Origin: Haliotis rubra
Lineage: Eukaryota
Reading direction: 5' to 3'
DNA length: 64,000 bases
Assembly (NCBI RefSeq): GCF_003918875.1
Contig: NW_025765003.1
Coordinates: 868,001-932,000 of the forward strand
A model generated the notes under the pieces. That model worked only from the letters and a program-made list of their open reading frames with translations. It did not search any database and was not told the origin of the DNA. Position 1 is the first letter of the stretch. The number at the start of each line of letters is the position of its first letter. The translations under genes and the position numbers were made by a program. Shown piece by piece: positions 11,500 to 25,482 of the stretch.

Positions 11500-12210
11500 C
11501 GCCCTTATTTGGGATGCACTCATGGGTTTCTAATGCACTTATTTTGGAGGCAATCATGGGATTCTAATGCCCTTATTTGGGAGGCAATGGGATTCTAATG
11601 CCCTTATTTGGGATGCACTCATGGGTTTCTAATGCCCTTATTTGGGAGGCAATCATGGGATTCTAATGCCCTTATTTGGGATGCACTCGTGGGTTTCTAA
11701 TATGGGCAGAGGTACAGATAAGCTGCGTAAATTACGCAAATATTTATGTGAAAACTTAATTCCTATTAAGTCTATTGCGTACAAGTACGCTTGAATTTTG
11801 GTAAATACTCAATAAATGTGATCTTACATGCGTACACACGAAAATGTCAAATCTTAGCTTGGGTACCGGTGGATAGATAAAATAACTGAGGTATACCGAG
11901 AGGTGCTATTTCAGGACATGTATGAACTTGCAGTCTTTCTTATCGTTTCTCATATTGCAGATCAAATATAAATAACAAACACTAACATTTATACTTTATT
12001 ACATTTTTAAAATTAATGGAAAATGGCAAAATACCCAATTGAGTTTGAGTGAGGTGAGTACAATTTATTTGGTTACTCAAAGGAAAATTATGATATCCAA
12101 TTGAGATGAACACAAGCGAGTACATAACTCAATGACCCAAAAAGTTATCTGTAGGTCTGCTCATGGGTTTCTAATGCCCTTATTTGGGATGCATTAATGG
12201 GATTCTAATG
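11500..12210. repeat. 34-bp minisatellite (gcccttatttgggatgcactcatgggtttctaat) split by a MITE
   Basis: About 6 units at 11500-11700. The array resumes in register at 12165. Confidence 0.9.
11701..12165. mobile_element. MITE with ~21-bp imperfect TIRs and a 9-11 bp flanking duplication
   Basis: atgggcagaggtacagataa versus ttatctgtaggtctgctcat, flanked by ggtttctaa on both sides. TSD length is ambiguous because the target is a tandem repeat. Confidence 0.75.
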
Positions 12211-12227
12211 TAACTGATGTTTACCAA

Positions 12228-13622
12228 CACGTACAGGTAAATAGCGACGTACTGCTACACGTACATGTAAATAGCGACGTACTGCTACACGCACAGGTAA
12301 ATAGCGACGTACACGTGCTAAATAGCGACGTACTGCACATGTGCTGGTATACAGATGCATGACGGCTTGGGTCATGAATACGGGTAAATGACATTGCTGT
12401 GTTCTACAGACACAGATAAAATTAATGACGGCATTGTGTTACAGCTACAGGTAAATGACGGCATTGTGTTACAGCTACAGGTAAATGACGGCATTGTGTT
12501 ACAGCTACAGGTAAATGGCGGCATTGTGTTACAGCTACAGGTAAATGACGGCATTATGTTACAGCTACAGGTAAATGACGGCATTGTGTTACAGCTACAG
12601 GTAAATGACGGCATTGTGTTACACAGCTACAGGTAAATGGTGGCATTGTATTGTTTACAGCTACAGGTAAATGACGGCATTGTGTTACAGCTACAGGTAA
12701 ATGACGGCATTATGTTACAGCTACAGGTAAATGACGGCATTATGTTACGATTGTGTTAGCTACAGGTAAATGACGGCATTGTGTTACAGCTACAGGTAAA
12801 TGGTGGCATTATGTTACAGCTACAGGTAAATGACGGCATTGTGTTACAGCTACAGGTAAATGACGGCATTGTGTTACAGCTACAGGTAAATGGTGGCATT
12901 ATGTTACAGCTACAGGTAAATGACGGCATTGTGTTACAGCTACAGGTAAATGACGGCATTGTGTTACAGCTACAGGTAAATGACGGCATTGTGTTACAGC
13001 TACAGGTAAATGACGGCATTGTGTTACAGCTACAGGTAAATGGTGGCATTATGTTACAGCTACAGGTAAATGACGGCATTGTGTTACAGCTACAGGTAAA
13101 TGGTGGCATTATGTTACAGCTACAGGTAAATGACGGCATTGTGTTACAGCTACAGGTAAATGACGGCATTGTGTTACAGCTACAGGTAAATGACGGCATT
13201 GTGTTACGGCATTGTGGTTACAGCTACAGCTACAGGGTAAATGACGGCATTGTGTTACAGCTAAATGACGGCAAATGGTGGCATTATGTTACAGCTACAG
13301 GTAAATGGTGGCATTATGTTACAGCTACAGGTAAATGACGGCATTGTGTTACAGCTACAGCTACAGGTAAATGACGGCATTGGCTACAGGTAAATGACGG
13401 CATTGCTTACAGCTACAGGTAAATGACGGCATTGTGTTACAGCTACAGGTAAATGACGGCATTGTGTTACAGCTACAGGTAAATGACGGCATTGTGTTAC
13501 AGCTACAGGTAAATGACGGCATTGTGTTACAGCTACAGGTAAATGACGGCATTGTGTTACAGCTACAGGTAAATGACGGCTGTGTGTTACAGCTATAGGT
13601 AAATGACGGCATTATGTTAAAG
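12228..13622. repeat. 30-bp minisatellite (gtaaatgacggcattgtgttacagctacag)
   Basis: Tandem array, with diverged related units (gtaaatagcgacgtactgctacacgtacag) at the 5' edge. Confidence 0.95.
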
Positions 13623-14271
13623 CTGTAGATCAAAACCAGCTTCAGTCTGGGCTAGTACAAGCAGCCGCACATACACATACACACGCATGCACGTCGTCAT
13701 ATGAGCGAAATATTTTTTCGAGCACGAAGTTAAACCCAATTTCATCTCACCTAAAGCTGTAGGTATATTTCAATGTATGTCATCTTAGAGGAACAGTTTA
13801 AATGTTTATCATCTTATAGATACAATTTCAGTTTATATCATCTGATATATACAAATTAAACGTGTATCATCTGATAGACACAACATATGCAGAAAAATCA
13901 CCCAAAAGCAAAAAAACATTTTCTGAGATTCGCACTTCTGTTGAACCTTGACTCTTTGTCATCAAATGACCACACACGACGAAGCCGACATTCAAGTTTT
14001 ATGTTTAAATTTCATATCAAGACGCCATCTAGCGGATTCATGTACATTTACACACGCTCCAATTTAACCTCAAAAGTGATTAATCTACATTCACAAGTCG
14101 CGTTTTTACACAACCGCAAACAACACGTATAGTTATTTAGACTGGTAGTCGATGTTTTCCTGCACTCGTTCAATCCATATGGATAATAATCTGTACCCTC
14201 TGTTCATATAGCATCAATTGGATACATAATCTGGACACCAAGTGCAGCAGAAAATAGCTAAACACACAACC

Positions 14272-14770
14272 CTTGCATTCAACTAGCTTAAGATCCTCCT
14301 ATGAACGTGGAAATTTATTCAGATTTAGTATTGTACATATTTACATAGAGGGTATGGGTGTCTCAACATTAAACTGAGTTGATATTAACATGAAATACAG
14401 CGACATACAAACACACCTTATGACGAGGATGTTCAGGTGCGCCGTGGGCTGGTCTGTTAACTTACCGTATACACACATATATATACAGACAGACAAACGG
14501 ACAGACATACAGACATACAAACACACCTTATGACGAGGATGTTCAGGTGCGCGGTGGGCTGGTTTGTTAACTTACCGTATACACAGATATATACAGACAG
14601 ACAGACAAACAGACACTCACTCCTCACTTACCTATCTACCTACCTGCAAACCTACCCTCCTTCCTTTGTACATGGGGCGGTGGGGTAGCCTAGTGGTTAA
14701 AGTTCGCTCGTCACACCGAAGGCCCGGGTTCGATTCCCCACATGGGTACAATGTGTGAAGCCCATTTCTG
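14272..14770 (+). repeat. Left arm of an inverted duplication (partner 28452-28813)
   Basis: cttgcattcaactagcttaagatcctcc...cagcgacatacaaacac plus the SINE-A head is the reverse complement of 28452-28813. It contains an extra 110-bp tandem duplication at 14411 and 14521. Confidence 0.9.
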
Positions 14771-14837
14771 GTGTTCCCCGCCGTGATATTGCTGGGGTAT
14801 TGCTAAAATCGGCGTAAAACCAAACTCACTCAGTCAG
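14674..14837 (+). mobile_element. SINE-A, full length
   Basis: 12-bp TSD tcctttgtacat at 14662-14673 and 14838-14849. Confidence 0.93.
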
Positions 14838-14873
14838 TCCTTTGTACATAGATGGGTAGGTGGGTTAATAGGT

Positions 14874-15026
14874 NNNNNNNNNNNNNNNNNNNNNNNNNNN
14901 NNNNNNNNNNNNNNNNNNNNNNNNNNNNNNNNNNNNNNNNNNNNNNNNNNNNNNNNNNNNNNNNNNNNNNNNNNNNNNNNNNNNNNNNNNNNNNNNNNNN
15001 NNNNNNNNNNNNNNNNNNNNNNNNNN
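14874..15026. other. Assembly gap (153 N)
   Basis: Run of n. Confidence 1.
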
Positions 15027-15319
15027 AAAATTTAATATTCAAGTTCAATTTATGTTAGATGTGTGTTGACCTAACAATTGCATTTCTCTTTTGAAAATTT
15101 GATAAAACGTATCGGGAGCAGTAGTATTGCTCTTTGTCCGTATATTCTGGTTTAAGTTATTTGTATCATAACCCCACCCCCTCTCGTCCCCAGGAATATC
15201 AAAATCCCCAGGTGAATATGCAGAACGGATGCTTGTCTGACCAGTTACCTACAGCGACATCCAGTGTTTACCGAGACGGACCGCGTGTAAAGCATATATA
15301 AATACACTTGACGGTGTAC

Positions 15320-15515
15320 ATGTCAATATATTTCCTGTAAATGACAGTGATTTACATAATTATTTAACAGTTATCCCATCACGGAGTAATGTCGATAGCT
15401 TGTCACTTGCAGTCAATGATGCGAATGACAGGGGCTGGCGGCTTGTGAGAGGTGGAAATTGTTTATGATATAGTGATCGATTGACAGGGATGAGTTTATT
15501 TGACAGCTAACGACA
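15320..15515. promoter_or_regulatory. Candidate enhancer: cluster of TALE (TGACAG) and Pbx-Hox (TGATTTAC) motifs
   Basis: TGACAG four times plus two reverse TGTCA within ~190 bp of non-repetitive DNA. The first TGACAG abuts TGATTTAC. Confidence 0.3.
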
Positions 15516-16500
15516 GCCTCAGCTGTTGGGAAAGATGACTGGGTCTATAATGAGAAAATATCCTCGAGACAATCTGTTGAGAATATGTATAACGTCACAT
15601 GGCACAAGTCCGGCTCGCGTGTTCGTACCACAGGAGATCTAAATACACGATCGCATTACACCATTTCAACCTAGACCTTGCAGCATTCGGAGTAACCCGT
15701 TTGAAAATATCGAATTTTCTCGTTATTTCTTGAAAACCGTTATATTTAGAAATGTATTTTCACAATATATTTATTCATGTTTAAAGATTCAGGAAGTAAG
15801 GATTATCTGCTGGACTAGATTTTGTCCGTATATTTATCTTGTGATAACCTCCCGGGTTAGAGAGAGTATACACCTGTGTTTGATGGCGGCTAACTTGAAA
15901 CACACACAAAATGAAATAGGTATTCGAAGGTGATACATAACTGCTTTTAACCTTAAGTTTACAGTGACTGTTTCCACCCTAGTAACTAATGTTTAAATAA
16001 TAAAGAAATATGATTTGTCTGTAAGAATGGATCAAGTCTGGTTTCATTATTTTATGAATATTCTTCATAAACAAAGCTGGACATACTCATGAACTAAATG
16101 TTAATGTTAATGACGAATAATTCAACAAATTATCAACTTTATGCAAAAAAGTTGATAATGCTTCGTGGCGATTATTTCAACAAATTATCAACTTCATATT
16201 AAAAAAAATCCTGAGTTGTATAACGAAAATGGAATCTAAAAAACCTTGCTGAATAACCCCTTTATTGCAGAGTCCACTCCGACACTCCGACACTCCCTTA
16301 AAAACGCACCGAAATATTATCCAACGCTCTAAAGATGACTTTTATATAATAAATTAAATGAGTCGTTATGAAGAAACTAAAGTGTACCACGAAAGGCCAT
16401 GATGGTGTAAAACTGCTTGAAGTGAAACGAAATGTTAATTACTTTATTGTTGACGTCATCAATTCTCGTCCTGCCTGTGTCTTTACCGCGTGAAAGACCT

Positions 16501-17096
16501 TTAACCTCTTTTCGGAATTTTCCTGATTAAAACTTCTCGCTTTCGTCTACCTGTCACGTGATAGACGCGCGCGCAGCATATTTTCTAATTTCTCTGTAGG
16601 GTGTGTGGCGAGAAGGGGAATTATAACTTGGATCATGGCGAGTCTCGCTGTATTAACCTCAGTTGTAATGGCAATAGGAGGAATTCCGGCCTACGGGAGC
16701 CGCGCTCGTTGTTGACTTTCTGTGTGTAATTTGAATGAAAATCAACAAATTTGCCCCATAACATCCGGGAGATATGGTAGGGCTGAAATGGCCGACCATT
16801 AAATATTTGAACAAAATTGTCAGTATGAGGTAGAATTCAGAAGTGTGATCCAGCTCTGGTGCTTGGATTTGCTGACGGGCGACTGTTGGAATTTTAAATG
16901 ACATTAGGCTACTTGCCGATATCTCTGTACACACACCCACATCTCCCCCCTATATCTCCCCCAACCCCTCCCCGATGACCCGAGCGGAATGGGCCAGCTA
17001 TCACTCATGTGCTGTGCATACTAACACATCGTTTCACCGAAACAATCGTTAACTAGGAAAAAACTGACACGAAAGATTGTGCGGAAAGGGAGTTAA
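16501..17096. mobile_element. Possible piggyBac-type non-autonomous element
   Basis: TTAA-cctcttttcgg ... cggaaagggag-TTAA. The internal block tgtgtaatttgaatgaaaatcaacaaatt recurs at ~40606-40690, followed by ggggTTAA at ~40875. Confidence 0.45.
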
Positions 17097-17524
17097 AATT
17101 GATACTTCACTTTTTGAAACTTCCATCATTATCTGTGGCTGACAGATGAAGACAGATATCCTGATAAAATTAGTGAGTTAAAATTTAGCGTCACATTGGC
17201 AATATTTTAGCTGTATCGTGACGATAAATCTTGATAAATACTCATTTCGTGTAATATTTACATCATGTAATTGTAATCATGTAATCGGATCTTATTTACA
17301 AGTCTGATTAAATCAGGCTGCAGCAATCTGCAGGTTTGTTTAAACAAGTATTCAGCGATTTGTTTTTGTGTTTTTGAGATTTGAGATTTGACCTCTCAGT
17401 GTGCAGAAATGTCGTTAAACACAACTTCACTCCCAGCACACGTATCGGCTATAAATATACTGCATATATTCGTTCATGTTACTATATTCAGTCTGTCATA
17501 CAACCGATTGTTTTATATTACTGA

Positions 17525-17655
17525 AGTGAGTGAGTGAGTGAGTATGGCTTAACGCAGCTGTTAGCAATATTCCAGTAATATCACGGTGGGGGACACCAGA
17601 AATGGGCTCCACACATTGTACCCATGTGGGGAATCGAACCCAGGTCTTCGGTGTT
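17525..17655 (-). mobile_element. SINE-A, 5'-truncated
   Basis: Reverse complement of the B-box, body and (actc)n tail. Confidence 0.88.
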
Positions 17656-17703
17656 ATGACTGAAGTGTACCTGTGGTGCTGTAACAGATCAGCTTTAGTT
17701 ATA

Positions 17704-17947
17704 TGAGTGTGAGTAAGTTTAGTTTTACGCCGCACTCAGCAATATTCCAGCTATATGGCGGCGGTCAGTGAATAATCAAGTCTGGACCAGACGATCCAGT
17801 GATCAACAGCATGATCATCGATCAACGCAATAGGGATACGATGTCATATGTCAACCAAGTCAGCGAGCCTTACCACCCGATCCCGTTAGTCGCCTATTAC
17901 GACAAGCATGGGTTACTGAAGATCAATTCTTACCGGATCTTCATGGA
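17704..17947 (-). mobile_element. SINE-B
   Basis: Reverse complement of the consensus. The head abuts the 39-bp satellite. Confidence 0.9.
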
Positions 17948-20082
17948 TTATAGTTATATGAGAGAATCGACATATCACTTGATTCTCTATAGTTTTATGA
18001 GAGAACCGACATATCACTTAATTCTCTATAGTTATATGAGAGAATCGACATATCACTTGATTCTCTATAGTTATATGAGAGAATCGACATATCACTTGAT
18101 TCTCTATAGTTTTATGAGAGAATCGACATATCACTTAATTCTCTATAGCTATATGAGAGAATCGACTTTATCACTTAATTCTCTATAGTTATATGAGAGA
18201 ATCGACTTTATCACTTGATTCTCTATAGTTATATGAGAGAATCGACTTTATCACTTGATTCTCTACAGTTATATGAGAGAATCGACATATCACTTAATTC
18301 TCTATAGTTATATGAGAGAATCGACTTATCACTTGATTCTCTATAGTTATATGAGAGAATCGACATATCACTTTGATTCTCTATAGTTATATGATTCACT
18401 TGATTCTCTATAGTTATATGAGAGAATCGACATATCACTTGATTCTCTATAGTTATATGAGAGAATCGACATATCACTTAATTCTCTATAGTTATATGAG
18501 AGAATCGAATCGACATCTATCACTTGATTCTCTATATTATGAGAGAATCGACATATCACTTGATTCTCTATAGTTATATGAGAGAATCGACTCACTTGAT
18601 TCTCTATAGTTATATGAGAGAATCGACATAGTTATATGTTATATGAGAGAATCGACTTTATCACTTATTCACGACATTGATTCTCTTTATTCTCTATAGT
18701 TATATGAGAGAATCGACATATCACTTTATTCTCTATAGTTATATGAGAGAATCGACTTTATCACTTTATTCTCTATAGTTATATGAGAGAATCGACTTAT
18801 CACTTGATTCTCTATAGTTATATGAGAGAATCGACATATCACTTGATTCTCTATAGTTATATGAGAGAATCGACTTTATCATGATTCTCTATAGTTATAT
18901 GAGAGAATCGACTTTATCTCTACGACTTTCACTGATTCTCTATAGTTATATGAGAGAATCGACTTATCACTTATATTCTCTATAGTTATATGATTCTCTA
19001 TAGTTAGAGAATCGACTTTATATGAGAGAATCGACTTATTCTCACGACTTTATCACTTTGATTCTCTATAGTTATTCTCACTTTATTCTCTACAGTTATA
19101 TGAGAGAATCGACTTTATCATTGATTCTCTATTATATGAGAGAATCGACTTTATCATGATTCTCTACAGTTATATGAGAGAATCGACTCTACAGTTATCA
19201 CTTGATTCTCTATAGTTATATGAGAGAATCACTTGAGATTCGACTTATATGAGAGAGAATCACTACAGTAATTCTCTATATTCTCTATTATATGAGAGAA
19301 TCGACTTTATCACTTGATTCTCTACAGTTATATGAGAGAATCGACATATTTATTCCCTATAGTTATATGAGAGAATCGACTTTATCACTTGATTCTCTAC
19401 AGTTATATGAGAGAATCGACTTTATCACTTGATTCTCTACAGTTATATGAGAGAATCGACATATCACTTGATTCTCTATAGTTATATGAGAGAATCGACT
19501 TTATCACTTGATTCTCTACAGTTATATGAGAGAATCGACTTTATCACTTGATTCTCTATAGTTATATGAGAGAATCGACTTATCACTTGATTCTCTATAG
19601 TTATATGAGAGAATCGACTTTATCACTTGATTCTCTATTATATGAGAGAATCGACTTTATCACTTGATTCTCTATAGTTATATGAGAATCGAATCGACTT
19701 TATCTCTATAGTTATATGAGAGAATCGACATTTATACAGTTATATGAGAGAATCGACTTTATCACTTCACTGATTCTCTCTACAGTTATATGAGAGAATC
19801 GACTTTATCACTTGATTCTCTACAGTTATATGAGAGAATCGACTTTATCACTTGATTCTCTATAGTTATATGAAAGAATCGACTTTATCACTTGATTCTC
19901 TATAGTTATATGAGAGAATCGACTTTATCACTTGATTCTCTATAGTTATATGAGAGAATCGACTTTATCACTTGATTCTCTATAGTTATATGAGAGAATC
20001 GACTTTATCACTTGATTCTCTATAGTTATATGAGAGAATCGACTTTATCACTTGATTCTCTACAGTTATATGAGAGAATCGA
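17948..20082. repeat. 39-bp satellite (tagttatatgagagaatcgac[a/t]tatcacttgattctcta)
   Basis: Tandem array. Each monomer has the inverted repeat agagaatc/gattctct. Confidence 0.96.
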
Positions 20083-20771
20083 GGGGTATGTAACTCTTTC
20101 AGTAATATATTCAACAGTGTAGTCAGAAAAGTAATCATTTTGAAGAGAACTGTTTACGGCAAGGCTGCGATACAGCGCTTGACACATACTCTGCCTTCAC
20201 GGTAGGCAGCAAAATACCACTGCCTGGAGTTTCCGCAACACGACTGTGACGTCATGATAATGGGGCTGGTCGATGTGGCTGCTAGGTGTGATGTTGAACT
20301 CATAACGTGGATGTACTTCATCAGGACACGAAACAAAGAAAGCAAAGCTACAGAAATATTGTCATTCCCAGCGAAATATAAGCTAATTGATTAAGTACTA
20401 CCGGCGGAGACAAATTTTTGAATATTTATTTGAATATAAAAGTTTAGTTTGTTGTACCCATCATAATTGTTTTCCCAAATTAATACTTTTGTCAGACAGA
20501 TATCTCATCCAGCAAACCCAGCGAAATGTAATACAAGAATTTTTTACCAAGCACATCCCGTAGCAATAGTGTCTGAAAGAAACTAAGAAACCGTGGACTT
20601 GTGTCGGTATTCAGAGAAAGACGGGGACAGCCAGACAGAAGTACTGCAGTAATCAGACAGTTAACAAGTTTGTAGCGATAATAATATATTTTCATAAGAA
20701 GGCGACCTTTTGCAATTGCAATAATGTAACTTCCTAACTGAAAAATTAATTATCAGTTGGATAGATGGTAT

Positions 20772-23700
20772 TTTGTTGGCTGTAACAATGAGGCAATATG
20801 TTGGACTACACGGTATTATGTTGGCTGTAACAATGAGGCAATATGTTGCATATCACACTACATGGTATTATGTCGGCTGTAACAATGTGGCAATATGTTG
20901 GACTACACGGTATTATGTTGGCTGTAACAATGAGGCAATATGTTGCATATCACACTACATGGTATTATGTCGGCTGTAACAATGTGGCAATATGTTGGAC
21001 TACACGGTATTATGTTGGCTGTAATAATGAGGCAATATGTTGCATATTACACTACATGGTAATATGTTGGCTGTAACAATGAGGCAATATGTTGCATATC
21101 ACACTACATGGTATTATGTTGGCTGTAACAATGAGGCAATATGTTGGACTACACGGTATTATGTTGGCTGTAACAATGAGGCAATATGTTGCATATCGCA
21201 CTACATGGTATTATGTTGGCTGTCACAATGAGGCAATATGTTGGACTACACGGTATTATGTTCGCTGTAACAATGAGGCAATATATTGCATATCGCACTA
21301 CATGGTATTATGTTGGCTGTAACAATGAGGCAATATGTTGGACTACACGGTATTATGTTGGCTGTAACAATGAGGCAATATGTTGCATATCGCACTACAT
21401 GGTATTATGTTGGCTGTAACAATGAGGCAATATGTTGGACATCACACTACATGGTAATATGTTGGCTGTAACAATGAGGCAATATGTTGGACTACACGGT
21501 ATTATGTTGGCTGTAACAATGAGGCAATATGTTGCATATCGCACTACATGGTATTATGTTGGCTGTAACAATGAGGCAATATGTTGCATATCACACTACA
21601 TGGAATTATGTTGGCTGTAACAATAAGGCAATATGTTGCATATCACACTACATGGTAATATGTTGGCTGTAACAATGAGGCAATATGTTGGACTACACGG
21701 TATTATGTTGGCTGTAACAATGAGGCAATATGTTGCATATCACACTACATGGTATTATGTTGGCTGTAACAATAAGGCAATATGTTGGACTACATGGTAT
21801 TATGTTGGCTGTAACAATGAGGCAATATGTTGGACTACACGGTATTATGTTGGCTGTAACAATGAGGCAATATGTTGCATATCGCACTACATGGTATTAT
21901 GTTGGCTGTAACAATGAGGCAATATGTTGGACATCACACTACATGGTAATATGTTGGCTGTAACAATGAGGCAATATGTTGGACTACACGGTATTATGTT
22001 GGCTGTAACAATGAGGCAATATGTTGCATATCGCACTACATGGTATTATGTTGGCTGTAACAATGAGGCAATATGTTGCATATCACACTACATGGAATTA
22101 TGTTGGCTGTAACAATAAGGCAATATGTTGCATATCACACTACATGGTAATATGTTGGCTGTAACAATGAGGCAATATGTTGGACTACACGGTATTATGT
22201 TGGCTGTAACAATGAGGCAATATGTTGCATATCACACTACATGGTATTATGTTGGCTGTAACAATAAGGCAATATGTTGGACTACATGGTAATATGTTGG
22301 CTGTAACAATGAAGCAATATGTTGCATATCACACTACATGGCATTATGTTGGCTCTAACAATGAAACAATATTTTGCATATCACACTACACGGTATTATG
22401 TTGGCTGTAACAATGAGGCAATATGTTGGACTACACGGTATTGTGTTTGCTGTAACATTGAGGCAATCTGTTGCATATCACACTACACAGTATTATGTTG
22501 GCTGTAACAATGAGGCAATATGTTGCATATCACACTACATGGTATTATGTTGGCTGTAAGAATGAGGCAATATGTTGCATATCACACTACATGGTAATAT
22601 GTTGGCTGTGACCATGAGGCAATATGTTGCATATCACACTACATGGAATTATGTTGGCTGTAACAATAAGGCAATATGTTGCATATCACACTACATGGTA
22701 ATATGTTGGCTGTAACAATGAGGCAATATGTTGGACTACACGGTATTATGTTGGCTGTAACAATGAGGCAATATGTTGCATATCACACTACATGGTATTA
22801 TGTTGGCTGTAACAATAAGGCAATATGTTGGACTACATGGTATTATGTTGGCTGTAACAATGAGGCAATATGTTGGACTACACGGTATTATGTTGGCTGT
22901 AACAATGAGGCAATATGTTGCATATCGCACTACATGGTATTATGTTGGCTGTAACAATGAGGCAATATGTTGGACATCACACTACATGGTAATATGTTGG
23001 CTGTAACAATGAGGCAATATGTTGGACTACACGGTATTATGTTGGCTGTAACAATGAGGCAATATGTTGCATATCGCACTACATGGTATTATGTTGGCTG
23101 TAACAATGAGGCAATATGTTGCATATCACACTACATGGAATTATGTTGGCTGTAACAATAAGGCAATATGTTGCATATCACACTACATGGTAATATGTTG
23201 GCTGTAACAATGAGGCAATATGTTGGACTACACGGTATTATGTTGGCTGTAACAATGAGGCAATATGTTGCATATCACACTACATGGTATTATGTTGGCT
23301 GTAACAATAAGGCAATATGTTGGACTACATGGTAATATGTTGGCTGTAACAATGAAGCAATATGTTGCATATCACACTACATGGCATTATGTTGGCTCTA
23401 ACAATGAAACAATATTTTGCATATCACACTACACGGTATTATGTTGGCTGTAACAATGAGGCAATATGTTGGACTACACGGTATTGTGTTTGCTGTAACA
23501 TTGAGGCAATCTGTTGCATATCACACTACACAGTATTATGTTGGCTGTAACAATGAGGCAATATGTTGCATATCACACTACATGGTATTATGTTGGCTGT
23601 AAGAATGAGGCAATATGTTGCATATCACACTACATGGTAATATGTTGGCTGTGACCATGAGGCAATATGTTGCATATCACACTACATGGTAATATGTTGG

Positions 23701-24960
23701 CTGTAACAATGAGGCAATATGTTGTATATCACACTACATGGTAATATGTTGGCTGTAACAATGAGGCAATATGTTGGATATCACACTACATGGTAATATG
23801 TTGGCTGCAACAATGAGGCAATATGTTGCATATCACACTACATGGTAATATGTTGGCTGTAACAATGAGGCAATACGTTGCATATCACACTACATGGTAA
23901 TATGTTGGCTGTAACAATGAGGCAATATGTTGGACTACACGGTATTATGTTGGCTGTTACAATGAGGCAATATGTTGCATATCACACTACATGGTATTAT
24001 GTTGGCTGTAACAATGAGGCAATATGTTGGACTACACGGTATTGTGTTTGCTGTAACAATGAGGCAATCTGTTGCATATCACACTACACAGTATTATGTT
24101 GGCTGTAACAATGAGGCAATATGTTGCATATCACACTACACAGTATTATGTTGGCTGTAACAATGAGGCAATATGTTGCATATCGCACTACATGGTATTA
24201 TGTTGGCTGTAAGAATGAGGCAATATGTTGCATATCACACTACATGGTAATATGTTGGCTGTAACAATGAGTCAATATGTTGGACTACACGGTGTTATGT
24301 TGGCTGTAACAATGAGGCAATATGTTGCATATCACACTACATGGTATTATGTAGGCTGTAACAATGAGGCAATATGTTACATATCACACTACACGGTAAT
24401 ATGTTGGCTGTAACAATGAGGCAATATGTTGGACATCACACTACATGGTAATATGTTGGCTGTGACCATGAGGCAATATGTTGCATATCACACTACATGG
24501 TAATATGTTGGCTGTAACAATGAGGCAATATGTTGCATATCACACTACATGGTAATATGTTGGCTGTAACAATGAGGCAATATGTTGGATATCACACTAC
24601 ATGGTAATATGTTGGCTGCAACAATGAGGCAATATGTTGCATATCACACTACATGGTAATATGTTGGCTGTAACAATGAGGCAATACGTTGCATATCACA
24701 CTACATTGTAATATGTTGGCTGTAATAATGAGGCAATACGTTGCATATCACACTACACAGTATTATGTTGGCTGTAACAATGAGGCAATATGTTGTATAT
24801 CACACTTCATGGTAATATGTAGGTTGTAACAATGAGGCAATATGTTGCATATCACACTACATGGCTGAGTGAGTGAGTGAGTTGAGTTTTACGCCGCACA
24901 CTACATGGCATTCTGTTGGCTGTAACAATGAGGCAATATGTTGCACATCACACTGCATGG
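20772..24960. repeat. Satellite of interspersed 45- and 52-bp monomers with a 1043-bp higher-order duplication
   Basis: ttatgttggctgtaacaatgaggcaatatgttg followed by gactacacggta or catatcacactacatggta. Identical ORF sets recur at +1043 (21633/22676, 22374/23417). Confidence 0.96.
24866..24896 (-). mobile_element. 31-bp SINE tail-only insertion
   Basis: (gagt)n-tgagttttacgccg between perfect 13-bp repeats cacactacatggc (24853-24865, 24897-24909). Confidence 0.85.
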
Positions 24961-25234
24961 TAATATAACCCTGAAGAAATATCTTGCATATCATATAACA
25001 TGGTAATATGTTGCATACCATACAGTTCTGCACTCTGATATACATCCCGTTGTATAGTACCGTGATGTTGAGTGAGTTGAGGTTCACGTTGTATAGTACC
25101 GTGATGTAAATCATACTTAGTAGTATTGTGATGTATATCATTCTACATGGCACTGTGGGGCACACTGTATTATAATGTCATAATGTATAATGTAATCATA
25201 CGTCTTAGTAATATACTGGACATCCTGCTGCATA

Positions 25235-25482
25235 GTAATGTTAATGTGAAGCATGTTACACTGCATGGTAATGTTATAAATACCATCCTGCATGATGATT
25301 GTGTAATATAACATACCCTTAGTTATATGTTTGCTTTCATACTGCATGTCAATGTGAAGCATGTTACACTGCATAGTAATGTTATAAATACCATTCTGCA
25401 TGATGATTGTGTAATATAACATACCCTTAGTTATATGTTTGCTTTCATACTGCATGTTAATGTGAAGCATGTTACACTGCAC
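25235..25482. repeat. 108-bp tandem repeat, ~2.3 copies
   Basis: aatgtgaagcatgttacactgca recurs with a 108-bp period. Confidence 0.9.

Noticed and set aside
12372-13633. VNDGIVLQLQ / MPSFTCSCNT repeat proteins
   Set aside because: A 30-bp monomer is frame-preserving by chance. It is open on both strands and has no splice context.
16720-16765. RMLWxKFVDFHSNYT on the minus strand in two copies (THAP-like?)
   Set aside because: No flanking Cys/His THAP motifs or sustained ORF. Better explained as a non-coding repeat.
18600-19350. Scrambled monomers in array centres (also ~13200-13400, 26540-26700, 42340-42430)
   Set aside because: The pattern is typical of consensus or assembly error in tandem arrays and cannot be interpreted without reads.
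20772-24960. CRISPR-like repeat/spacer appearance
   Set aside because: The spacers are only two recurring variants, there are no cas genes, and the context is eukaryotic.
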